In this document: piece after piece, positions 9,435 through 23,100 of the stretch
Numbering within the stretch: the first letter of the stretch is position 1
Layout: the number at the start of each line of letters is the position of its first letter
Source: Blepharisma stoltei ATCC 30299
Lineage: Eukaryota; Protista; Ciliophora
Length of the DNA stretch: 64,000 bases
Direction of reading: 5' to 3'
NCBI GenBank assembly: GCA_965603825.1
Contig: CBFDEM010000037.1
Coordinates: 62,001-126,000 of the forward strand
The notes under the pieces: generated by a model
Databases searched by the model: none
Told to the model about the DNA's origin: nothing
The model's input: the letters and a program-made list of their open reading frames with translations, nothing else
Position numbers and translations under genes: made by a program

Positions 9435-11161
9435 ATATTGATATTTTTAAATTATATGAATAATTTATTTAGTTCTCAATATTTAATGAATTTTGATTCT
9501 ATCGATCAAAAGCATAATGCACAAAATTAATGCTAAAATATTGATATTTGGTTATAAGGTAGATTCATCTTCGATTAGTCGCTTTCAAGACATATTGCAT
9601 CTAAAGGCTTAGCCACGAGGTCGGCTTCCTCAACCTAGCTTTACGGTAGAGTAATTTCCATAATCGCTCAGAGATCTCCGTTTCCTACTCGAGCACCAAA
9701 TTACAAACCCTGCTTAGCCCGTTCAGATTGAGTTTTTTTCGACAGAAGAGACTCTCACTTCTTTACTACTTGCTCTCTGTGGAGCCTAGTCTTTCATCCT
9801 TTCAATTGAGTCCTTTTCAAATGTAATCAAAACCGCTTATGCAATTCCTGACAAAATCACTTAGCAGTTGAGGCAGGTAAGCCACTTTGCCTCTTTCGAA
9901 CACGCATTCTGGACAAAAAAGCTCAAGCCAGCCACTGATCAGTGGAAATAGTTCTTAGACAGCTTCTTGCGCCAAAATACTACTTTGGTATGCATAAGAT
10001 AAGAGTCACTGACCATTTTATGCATATTACGAATAAATTCTCATAATGCCAAAGCTCATAGCAGACTGCCAAAGCTTTCAGATGGACTTATTAGGTTCAC
10101 CGGTTTGACCACAAATCTGCTAAATTTATATAAATAAATTCAATATAAACAAATAAACATTCATCTCTCTGTTGCTATTATTTTAAAATGAATTTTAGCA
10201 GGTTAAGTTATTTGAAATTATTAATTTAAAGTAAAATCAAATAATCCTAAACAATTTTCAAAATTCACAAAAAAGCTATTTAAAAGCGATGCAAAATTTC
10301 TATGTAAAATGAAGGAATTAATTTTCCCTTTTATCAATTTATCTAAATAAATTTCAATTACATTAAATTTTAAAATTTTTAATCAAAACATTTATTAAAT
10401 TTATATTTATTTAACTCGATAAATAATTTTCTTAAATAAAATACCAAAGGCTTGGCGAAATATTTTTACTAACCATCTTTTATTTAGAAATTGCTAAAAA
10501 TTTACTGATTGTCAATAATTCAGCCCAAAGTCTTCCTGATTGAATAATTACTCAAATTTAATTTGTTTTATCTAATGCTCAAAAAAATCTTTCCTTTAGC
10601 TTTTCTCCATATCGAGGATGGGTTCGTTTTCTATTTAAAATATAAAGACCCTCATTTAAACTAAAAGTTCATAAGGAAACAAGAAACTTTAAAATTGTCA
10701 TTAATTCATTTGTCTCAAATACTTTAAATAGAAATTATTAGTGGCGAATTATTAGAAATTCGACATCTTTTGGTCAATTGTCTATTGATTTCTTGATTCT
10801 AGCTAATATTTAAGATTCAAAGGAAGTTGTTGATAATTTTTGTTTGTAAAATTTATCAAAAGATATCAAAAGTTTATCTCAATTCTACGTGTTTCTTATA
10901 ATTTAATCTAATTAATAACTATATTAATCTTTTAATCCCTTATCAGGTCCTTAGCTTAATGCTCCCATAATTATAAAAATAACTTTATTTGTCTTTGGAA
11001 TTGCGCCATTCTTATCCAGCCAATAATTTTATCATCTTAATTTAAGCCTCTCGTCCAACAACCTTTCATAATTTAAGTTTATAAGCTAAATTTTATTGAT
11101 AAAAAGGGTCACTTAAATTATAGGAATTTTGCCATTGATCTAAAGCCACGATTTATAAAAT

Positions 11162-14100
11162 ATGTCTAAGCGATTTCTTCTTTGCTTTATCGTAGCTTTT
11201 ATGCAGCTTCATGCTGCTGAAGTCGCTGATTCGAACGTTCCTCTTGCTAAAATCAGTGATAAGTTTAACTTTACGTTGACATCTGACTATGTGGCTAATG
11301 AAGACCCTCCTCCAGAAAATATACCTGTGATGAGAGAGCCTCAAGGAGCAAGGTATGAAAGAGCTCTTTCGGCCACTCCCTGCTCTCCTGGGAATTATGA
11401 CAACTCAGGTACTTGCTCCCCTTGTGGGACAATGTGCGCTTATTGTGATGACAATGGAAACTGTTTAGGCTGCCAAAACAACTATACAATGAAAATCAGC
11501 TCAAATAAAAAGGGCTGCGAGTGTAAAGATGCTACTGCTACAGCTGGAACCTGCGTTTGTCCACAAGATAATCCTTGGTTTGATGGATCGACTTGCCAAA
11601 CTTGTGAATCAGGCAGTTATTATGGAAGCTCTGGATGCATTGCTTGCTCAATATCAGGGTCTATTAGAGTTAAATCAATAATCAAAGCCAAGAAAAGTCC
11701 AAGCTGCTGTCCTGACGGCAAATATTTAGATAGCTCAACTTCAAAATGTTCAACTTGTGATACAAACTGTGAGCTTTGTGAAGATGGAACTGCTGGCCGT
11801 TGTGATAAATGCATTAATAAATTAAGGTTGGTGTCACAGGTTAAAATAAAGAAAACTTCTTGCTGTGGCGATGGACAATTTAGAAGTAGCGATGTTAGTC
11901 CATGTAAAGATTGCCCTGATAAAAATTGCAAAAACTGTGAAGACAGTGGAAGTGGGGATAATTGTCTCCAATGCAAAAAGAAATTATCCTTCAAGAATGT
12001 ACTTGGAATTAAAAAAACGTCTTGCTGTGACGAAGGATATTATGTTAGTAGTGATCAGACTTCATGTGCACTCTGCGATGATAGTGTGAATTGCAAATAT
12101 TGTGAAGACAGCGGAAAAGGGGAGACTTGCATCCAATGCTCTAATCTCTTAACGATAGCTGCCAAGCTGAGATTAAAGAAAACAACTTGCTGTCTTGATG
12201 GATATTTCATTAGCAGCACTACCACTGAATGCTCAAAATGCCCTGATGATAAATGCAAGCTCTGTGAAGATAATGGAAGTGGGGATACTTGCATTCAATG
12301 CTCCAAAATTTTAACTGTTACAGATACTTTGAGAATAAAGAAAACATCATGCTGTAGCGTTGGAAACTTTGTTAGTGACAAGCATTCTTCATGCATCGCC
12401 TGTAAAGACTCAAACTGCCAATACTGTGAGGATAGTGGAGACGGAGAAAATTGTCTTCAGTGCCCAAAGACATTTTCTTTTACAGATAAACTTCAAATAA
12501 AGAAAACTTCATGCTGTCAAGAAGGAAAATTTGTAAGCAGTGATCAGCCTTCTTGTGGAGACTGCTTTAACTTAAATTGCAAATACTGTGAAGACAGTGG
12601 AAGTGGAAAAAATTGTCTCCAATGCAAAAAGAAATTATCCTTCAAGAATGTACTTGGAATTAAAAAAACGTCTTGCTGTGACGAAGGATATTATGTTAGT
12701 AGTGATCAGACTACATGTGCACTCTGCGATGATAGTGTGAATTGCAAATATTGTGAAGACAGCGGAAAAGGGGAGACTTGCATCCAATGCTCTCATCTCT
12801 TAACGATGACTGCCAAACTGAGATTAAAGAAAACAACTTGCTGTCTTGATGGGTATTTCATTAGCAGCACTACCACTGAATGCTCAAAATGCCCTGATGA
12901 TAAGTGCAAGCTCTGTGAGGACAAAGAAAGTGGCTCAAGTTGTCTTCAATGCTTAAAGACCTTATCCTTCACAGATACACTTCAAGTAAAGAAAACTTCA
13001 TGCTGTCAAGAAGGAAAATTTGTAAGCAGTGATCAACCAACTTGTGGAGACTGCTTTAACTTAAATTGCAAATACTGTGAAGACAGTGGAAGTGGAAAAA
13101 ATTGTCTCCAATGCAAAAAGAAATTATCCTTCAAGAATGTACTTGGAATTAAAAAAACGTCTTGCTGTGACGAAGGATATTATGTTAGTAGTGATCAGAC
13201 TACATGTGCACTCTGCGATGATAGTGTGAATTGCAAATATTGTGAAGACAGCGGAAAAGGGGAGACTTGCATCCAATGCTCTAATCTCTTAACGATGACT
13301 GCCAAACTGAGATTAAAGAAAACAACTTGCTGTCTTGATGGGTATTTCATTAGCAGCACTACCACTGAATGCTCAAAATGCCCTGATGATAAGTGCAAGC
13401 TCTGTGAGGACAAAGAAAGTGGCTCAAGTTGTCTCCAATGCCATAAAACTTTATCTATTTCAGATACTTTGAATGTTAAGAAAACCACTTGTTGCGAAGA
13501 AGGAAAATTTGTTAGCTCTTCTCATTTACAATGCAAAGACTGTGCTGATTCAAATTGCAAACACTGTGAAGACAGCGGAGACGGTACAGTTTGTAAACAA
13601 TGCAAAAAGAAATTAAGCTTTACAGATACTTTGGAGATAAAGAAAACATCATGCTGTCAGGAAGGAAAATTCGTTAGCAGTACTCACACTGCATGCACAA
13701 CTTGTGATAGCCTGAATTGCAAGTACTGCGAAGATAGTGGAGACGGGCAAAAATGTCTTCAATGCTATAATCTCTTAAGCTTTAGCAGCATCCTCAAAAT
13801 AAAGAAAACGACTTGCTGCCCAGATGGACAATATGTTAGTAGCACTCAAACAACCTGCAAGCCATGTGATGACGATAAGTGCAGCATTTGTGAAGATAGT
13901 GGATCTGGCACAACTTGTCTTAAATGTTCTGGCATCTTAACTATTTCTGGCACTTTGAAAATAAAGAAAACGACTTGCTGTGAAGATGGGAAATTTGTTA
14001 GCGGCACTAATCCTACATGCACTAACTGCTTTGACAGCAACTGCAATATCTGTGAAGATAGCGGGGAAGGAAAAGTTTGTCTTGACTGTGCTAAAAAGCT

Positions 14101-17100
14101 TAAATTTACAGACACCCTCAATATCAAAAAGACCACATGCTGCTCTTTAACTACTTACCGAAATGGCGATAATTGTGATCCTTGCCCTAGCAAATGTGAT
14201 GCCTGTGGAGATGTGACCGGTGAATGTATAACATGTTCAGACAAAATCAGGTTCACTGGCACCTTAGTGAATCCATCATCGTGCTGTGAAGATGGAACTT
14301 ATTACAGCGCTGGCTCTTGTGTGGCCTGTGACGAAACTTGTGCTACTTGCGATAAAGATACTGGAAAATGCCTTACTTGTCTGGATAAGATGAAAAGAGA
14401 CTCAGATAGCAATGATATGAAATGCAAGTGTATAGGTGACCAAATTCAGACGGGGAAAGTCTGCTCATGCCCAACTGGGGAGTTTTTCAATGGGCAAGTA
14501 TGCTCAGTCTGTGGCCATTTCTGCGACACCTGCACTTTGGATAGCGTCACTTGCGAAACTTGTGTTGATCAATCAAGAATGATGTTGAATCCCGATAAGC
14601 CTGCTGAATGCAAGTGTAAAGGAGATAATCAACAAGAAAAAGCAAATGGATCCGGCTGTATCTGTAAAACCCCAGACACTTATTTCAATAATGGTGACTG
14701 TACTCCTTGTGACGTAAACTGTTTAATTTGTAATGATGCTGGCGGATGCACAAGCTGCACTAAAAAGGTATCATTCCAAGGCTCCTTGATAGACCCTGCT
14801 TCATGCTGCAGTACAGGGACATTTTATGATAAAACTACTTCTGCTTGCATTTCTTGCAAAGATAATTGCGCTACTTGTAATGTGCACACTGGAGTGTGCG
14901 ATACCTGTAAAGACGATTTTACAATGGAGAAAAACCCAGATGATGATAAAACATGTAGATGTAAATCAACTATGACTTGGGATGGGACTGCTTGCAAGTG
15001 TCCAGGCACTGGAGAAAAATGGTCTGGAACTGCATGTATAACCTGTGGCCACTTTTGTTCTACTTGTAATGCAGACGGTACAGTTTGTAGTGCTTGCACT
15101 GATCTTTCAAGAATGATGCTGAATCCCGCTAAGCCAGCTGAATGCATGTGTAAAGGAAATAATCAACAAGAAAATGGAGCCGGCTGTACCTGTAAAACCC
15201 AAGACACCTATTTCAACAATGGCGACTGTATTTCTTGCGGCGCAAACTGCTTAATTTGTGATGATGCTGGAGATTGCACGTCTTGTGTGAAAAATATAGC
15301 GATGACAGATATTTTAACTGATCCAGCTTTATGCTGCGTATCAGGGACTTATTATGACTCAGTAAATCTAGTTTGCATTTCTTGTGAGGAAAATTGTGCT
15401 ACCTGCGATGCCCACACTGGAGTATGTGATACTTGCAAGGAAACGAAGATGGAGGTGGACCCAACAAATACCAAAACTTGCCACTGCATCGGAGACCAAG
15501 TATTAGTTGGAGGAGAATGCACATGCGCACAAGGATCTTTTAACGGGCAAAAATGCTCAACTTGCGACACTTTCTGCAAAACTTGTGATGAAACCGGTAA
15601 ATGCTTGTCGTGCATTGACAGCGACAGAATGATTTTAAGCACTACCGATAATAAAGTATGCGAATGCAAAGGATTCAATCAAATACCAACTGAATCCGGC
15701 TGCAGCTGTGCTGCAGGCAAATATTTCAGCAATGGCGACTGTGTTTCATGTGATATCACTTGTCCTGACTGTGACGCTAACACTGGAAATTGCAAGACTT
15801 GCGTTGATCCTTCTCCAAGAATGGCAGTCTCTCAGTCTGACTTAAAGAAATGTCAATGTCTCGGATCACAACAGCTTGTCTCCAATCAATGCTCTTGCAC
15901 CTCAGGCTCTTATTATACAGGCAGCACTTGTGAGGCATGTGGTGACAACTGTCAAATCTGTGCCGATCTCTCAGGACAATGTAGCTCTTGCAAATCTCCA
16001 AGAATGATTTTTGACTCAAATGACTCAAAGAAATGCGTCTGCAAAGCTGGCCAACATCTAGTAGGATCGGACTGTGTCTGTGATGATGGAACTTATTATG
16101 ACACAAACAATAAAGTTTGCATACCATGTGAGGCTAGATGTGCCACCTGCTCTGACGATGGAGCTTGCATTACTTGCAAAGAGGGGAGAAAAATGGATTT
16201 AGACTCAAATCAGCCAAAGACTTGCAAATGCAAATCAGATCAAACTACTGGACTTGACTGTTCTTGTGCTACTGGAAGCTACTTTGATACTTCTATTTCT
16301 AATTGCAAACCATGTGAAACCAACTGTTTAGCTTGTTTAGATTTCACTGGCGACTGCACATCTTGCAAAAAGAATATAGATCTGGAAGGAGATCTGATTG
16401 ACCCAGCAACGTGCTGTGGAACAGGAACTTATTATAGCGATGGAGGCTGTGTGTCCTGCTCAAACAAATGTGCAGAATGTGACATACATACTGGGAAGTG
16501 TACTAAATGCAAGGAGGAAAGCAAAATGATATTTGATGATACTGATGAGAAAAATTGTAAATGCGCGGGTGACCAACAGTATGCGTCAGGACAATGTACA
16601 TGCCCTGACAATCAAGAGTTTAACGGATTAAAATGCTCCAGTTGTGGCACTTTTTGTAAAGTCTGTGCATCTGATTCTTTGGTTTGTACAGAATGCATTG
16701 ATAGCTCAAGAATGCAATTTAGTGCATCAGATAATAAAATCTGTGAGTGTAAAGGATCCAGCCAAATTACAACTGTGACTGACTGTGCATGTGCTGTTGG
16801 AAAATACTTTACAAACAACGACTGCGCTCCATGTGGGTCACTTTGTGCAGCCTGTGCAGATACCACTGGAATTTGTAGCTCTTGCAAAGATGCCACTATG
16901 ACAAAAAGTGATGATAGTTTAAGCTGCAAATGTAAACCAGGTCTTCAGCTCGATGATCAAGCAGGTACTTGTAAATGCCCTTCAGGATACTACTTCGACA
17001 GTAACACCTGCCAGCCTTGCGGAACTCATTGTTCTGTTTGCGACTCAACTAGATGCTCTGTGTGTGATAGCATCAGCCATCTTATAGTTGATCCATCAAA

Positions 17101-20100
17101 CAGCAACAACTGTATTTGTGAAAGCAGCTATTATTGGATTGTAGCAAATAATGACTGTGAGCAATGCACTGATGGAACTTACTATGACGGAAGCAAATGC
17201 TCTAGCTGTTCCACTAACTGTAAAGCCTGCGATAATTTCACTGGGAAATGCAATACTTGTGTTGGCGGAGATAGAATGGAATTTCATCCTACGGATGACA
17301 AAGCTTGCAGATGTAAAGGAACTCAAATTCTTAGCGGGCTGACTTGCTCTTGCAGCTCAGGGTCTTATTTTGATAACCTTACTTGCTCTCCATGCTCTGA
17401 CTTATGCGATATCTGCACAGATTTGACTGGAGATTGCACACAATGCAAAGATTTATCTTTAATGACTATCGACCCACAAAACATTAAAAACTGCAAATGC
17501 AAGCATTTTGACCTAACAGCTGTATCAGGTCAGTGTGTCTGCACTGGAGGCAAACAATGGAATGGATCTGAATGCTCTATTTGTGGAAACTTCTGTAAAA
17601 CTTGCGATTTAGGAAACAATGTCTGCACTGCGTGCATAGACAGCACAAGAATGGACCCAGTAAGCAGCAGTGTTACTTGTAAATGCAAAGCTGGCTTAAT
17701 AACCTCAACAGCTGGCTGCAGTTGTGCTGCAGGCTCTTACTATGACAGCTCATCATGCTCTACTTGTGGAGATTTATGCACGGATTGTACAGATGTTTCA
17801 GGCGATTGTACTGCTTGTAAAGACAGCTCTATGGAATTCGATCCTACTAATAAGAAAATATGTAGATGCAAAGGAACTCAACAGTATAGCACCGTGCTAA
17901 GTACTTGTACATGCCCAATTGGATATTACGACGGCTCGACTTGTCAAAGCTGCACAACTCTTTGTTTAACTTGTGATTCAACTAAGTGTTTAACTTGTCA
18001 AAATATTCCCCATCTTGTTGTAGACACCCAAAACCCTAAAAATTGCGTCTGCGCTAGCGGCTACAATTGGATTACAGCAAGCGGCAGTTGTGAGCAATGC
18101 TCTGTTGGAACTTACTACGATGGCAACAAATGTGCTAGCTGCTCGGCTATGTGTGCTACTTGCTCTGGGCTGACTGGAACTTGCGATACTTGTAAAGACA
18201 CCGCTAGGATGGATCTTAGTGGAACCACATGCATTTGTAAAGGAAATCAAAAGTTAACCGGATCAACATGCTTTTGTGATGCTGGGTATTACTTTGATGG
18301 CTCGACATGTGTTAAATGTTCAAACTTATGCAGTGCTTGCACAGATTATACCGGAGTATGCACAACATGTAAGGATTCGAAAATGACATTCGACATAAAC
18401 GACAACAAAAACTGTAAATGTATCGGAGATCAGATTCTTAGCGGAGAGACTTGCACCTGCCCTAGCAACCAACAATTCAATGGAATTGGTTGCTCTGCTT
18501 GCGGCGAATTCTGCAGTACTTGTGATGTTAATGCTAAAATCTGCAGCACTTGTGTAGATGGAAATAAGATGTCACCTGTGAGTGGTACAGTAACTTGTGC
18601 CTGCAAAGGGAATCAACTTAAAACAAATACCGGCTGCACTTGCCCTTCAGACTATTACTTTGACAGCTCAACTTGCTCGACTTGCGGCGATTTATGTACT
18701 ACATGCACAGATATATCAGGTGCATGCACTGCCTGTAAAAGTGATAAAATGGAAGTTAACCCTACTAATCAGAAAGTTTGTAGATGCAAAGGAACTCAAC
18801 AATATAGCTACACGCTATCCTCCTGCTACTGTCCTACTGGATACTTCGATGGCTCGACTTGTCAGAGTTGCACAACTCTTTGCTCGACCTGCGACTCGAC
18901 TAAGTGTTTAACTTGTCAAGGTATTGCCAACCTTATAGTAGACCCTCAAAACCCAACTAACTGTGTCTGTGCGAGCGGCTACAATTGGATTACAGAATTG
19001 GGCAAGTGTGATCAATGCTCTGTTGGAACTTACTACGATGGCAACAAATGTGCTAACTGCGCTGCTATGTGTGCTACCTGCTCTGGGCTGACTGGTACTT
19101 GTAATACTTGCAAAGACACTGCTAGGATGGATCTTAGTGGAACCACATGCATTTGCAAAGGAACCCAAAAACTAACTGGATCAGCATGTTCTTGTGATAC
19201 AGGGTACTATTTTGATGGATCTAATTGTATTCAATGCTCAAGCCTGTGCGCCTCTTGCTTCGATTACACTGGTGAATGCAAATCTTGCAAAGATTCGAAA
19301 ATGACATTTGACCCAGCCAATAAGAAGAACTGTATATGTATCGGAGATCAGACTCTTGACAATGGAGCATGCACTTGCCCTCTCGGCCAACAATTTAATG
19401 GTGTCAAATGTTCTGAGTGCGGAACATTTTGCGATTCCTGCAATGTTGCAGGAATAATATGTAACATTTGTATTGATTCTACAAAGATGCTTGCAGTTAC
19501 CGGAACTACTACTTGTTCATGCAAAGGCGACCAAATTGCAACAGTAAGCGGCTGTTCTTGTCCTACTGGATATTACTTTAAAGACACAAAATGCACTCAA
19601 TGCGGCAGCTTATGTGCTTTATGTGCAGATACAACAGGAATTTGCAGCACCTGCAAGAATGATTCTACAATGGAAGTAAACCCTAGCGACACCACAACTT
19701 GTAGGTGTAAAGGAACCCAGCAATACAACAACGCTTTATCGGCTTGTGCTTGCCCTATTGGCTATTTTGATAATAGCAACTGTAAGAGCTGCACAACTCT
19801 TTGCTCGACCTGTGACTCCACCAAGTGTTTAACTTGCCAATCTATTGCCCATCTTGTAGTTGACACTCAAAACCCTAAAAACTGTGTTTGTGCCAGCGGC
19901 TATAACTGGATTACCTCTAAAAGTGAATGTGAGCAATGCTCTGCAGATACTTATTATGATGGCAACAAATGTGCTAGCTGCGGGACTAATTGCGCAACTT
20001 GTTATGATGGGACTGGAGTTTGCAAAACCTGTAAGAGCTCAAGAATGGAAAAAGGAAGTGACCCCACTAAATGCATTTGCAAAGGAACTCAAAAGTTAAC

Positions 20101-23100
20101 CGGATCTACATGCTCTTGTGATGCAGGGTACTACTTTGATGGAGATACATGTGTTCAATGCTCAGATTTATGCAGTACTTGTGAAGATTATACTGGAGCA
20201 TGCGAAACATGTAAAGACTCGAAATTAATGACATTCGACTCAAACGATAATAAAAAATGCAAATGTATTGGAGATCAGATTCTTAGTGGAGATACTTGCA
20301 CTTGCCCTAGCAGCCAGCAATTCAACGGATATGTATGCTCTACTTGCGGTGTATTTTGTAGTACTTGTAATGTCAATGGTCAAGTCTGCAGCACTTGCAT
20401 AGATGGAAATAAGATGTCACCTGTAAGCAATTCTGTTACTTGTGCCTGCAAAGGGAATCAAATACCAACAAACACTGGTTGTACTTGCCCTTCAGGCTCT
20501 TACTTTGACAGCACAACTTGTTCGACTTGCGGCGATTTCTGCACAACATGCACAGATACATCTGGTGTCTGCACTGCATGTAAAGATAGTAAAATGGAGG
20601 TGGACCCTGCTAATCAAAAAGCTTGCAGATGTAAAGGAACTCAAAAATATAGCTACACGCTATCTTCTTGCTATTGTCCAACTGGATACTTCGATGGCTC
20701 AACTTGTCAGAGCTGCACAGCTCTTTGCTCGACCTGTGACTCGGCCAAATGTTTAACTTGCCAGTCTATTGCAAACCTTGTAGTCGACACCCAAAACCCT
20801 AAAAACTGTGTCTGTGCATTAGGCTATAATTGGATTACTGCAAGCAGCTCCTGTAATCAATGCTCTGTTGGAACTTACTACGATGGAAGCAAATGTGCTG
20901 ACTGTTCAGATAATTGTGCAAGTTGTTATAACGGCAGTGGATTTTGCGCTGTCTGCAAAGACTCAAAAATGATAATAAGCACCAGCGACCCAACAAAATG
21001 CATCTGCAAAGGAAACCAAAAGATTAGTGGATCTACATGCTACTGCGATTCAGGCTACTACTTTGATGGCTCAAATTGTGTCCAATGCTCAAGCTTATGC
21101 ACATCTTGCTCTGATTATACTGGAGAATGTCTTTCATGCAAAGATTCTACAATGACTATTGATCCAGCCAATAAGAAAAACTGTATTTGTATTGGAGACC
21201 AAATTCTTGATGGTAACAACGCATGCACTTGTACTGGAACTAAACAATTCAATGGTGCTATATGTTCTGATTGTGGAACCTTCTGTACGACTTGCAATGT
21301 AAATCAAAATGTATGTAGTGTCTGCTTGGGAAACAGAATGGAGCCAGTAAGCAGCACTGTTACTTGTGCTTGTAAAGGAAATCAGCTAGTCTCAGCCTCT
21401 GGCTGCAGTTGTCCTGCAGGCTCTTACTTTGACAGCACAACATGTTTGGCTTGTGGCACTTTTTGCACGGCTTGTGACGACTTAACTGGAAAATGCAATA
21501 CATGTAACTCTGCAACTATGGAAGTAAGCGACAGTGATTCAAAATCTTGTAAATGCAAAGGAACTCAAGTATATAGCAGCGTTTTATCCTCTTGCTACTG
21601 CCCTACTGGATACTTCGATGGCTCTACTTGTCAGAATTGTACAACTCTTTGCTCAGCCTGTGACTCGACCAAGTGTTTAACTTGCCAAGGTATTGCAAAC
21701 CTTATAGTAGACCCTCAAAACCCAACTAATTGTGTCTGTGCAGCAGGCTATAATTGGATTACCGCAACCAGCAGCTGTGAGGTATGCGAAACTGGAACTT
21801 ACTATGATGGAAACAAATGTGCTAGCTGCACAACGAATTGTGCAAGTTGTTATTACGGCACTGGATTCTGTGCTTTATGCAAAAACGTCAGAATGACAAT
21901 AAATGTCAATGACTTGATGAGCTGCATCTGCAAAGGAAACCAAAAGATTAGTGGATCTACATGCTACTGCGATTCAGGCTACTACTTTGATGGCTCAAAT
22001 TGTGTCCAATGCTCAAGCTTATGCACATCTTGCTCTGATTACACTGGAGAATGTCTTTCTTGCAAAGGTTCAAAAATGACTATTGATCCAGCCAATAAGA
22101 AAAACTGTATTTGTATTGGGGACCAAATTCTTGATGGTAACAACGCATGCACTTGTTCTGGAACTAAACAGTTTAATGGCAAGGAATGCGTGGACTGCGG
22201 ATATTTCTGTAGCACTTGCGATGTATCTGGTAATGCATGCAACACCTGTATTGACTCAGTCAGAATGGAACAAGTAAGTAGCACTCTTACCTGCCAATGC
22301 AAAGGAAACCAAATCGCAAATATTGGCTCTTGCACTTGTCCTTCAAGCAACTATTTCGACAGTTCAAATTGTGAAGCTTGTGGCGATTTATGTGCTGCAT
22401 GCGATGACTCAACTGGGAAATGCAATACATGTATAAACACTGCAACTATGGAACCGAGCGGCACATATTTAAAGACTTGCAAATGCAAAGGAACCCAACA
22501 ATATAGCAGCCTAACGAAATCTTGTTCCTGCACTTTAGGCTACTTCGATGGCTCAACTTGTCAGAGCTGCACAACTCTTTGTTCTTCTTGTGATGTAACT
22601 AAGTGTTTAGCATGTCTTAGTATTACCAATCTTGAAGTAGATCCTAACAACCCAACAACTTGTCATTGTGCCGCTGGATATAACTGGATAACTGCGACTA
22701 GCACTTGTGAGCAATGCCAAACTGGAACTTATTATGATGGAGATAAATGCGCTCCTTGCTCTACTAACTGTGCAAAATGCTACAATGGTTCTGGAATCTG
22801 CAGCGTCTGCGTAGATACAAGAATGGATATTAGCTTAAATGATTTGACTAGTTGTACATGTAGAGGAAACCAAAAGATCAGCGGATCCACATGTTCTTGC
22901 GACTCAGGCTATTACTTTGATGGTTCCAATTGCGTGAAATGCTCTGACTTGTGTGCTACTTGCCTTGATTACACTGGAGTTTGTACAGCATGCAAGGATT
23001 CTGCGAAGATGACCTTTGATACAGCAAACAAGAAGAATTGCAAGTGCATTGGAGACCAAGTACTTAGCAACAATGTATGTACTTGCACTGGAACTAAGCA

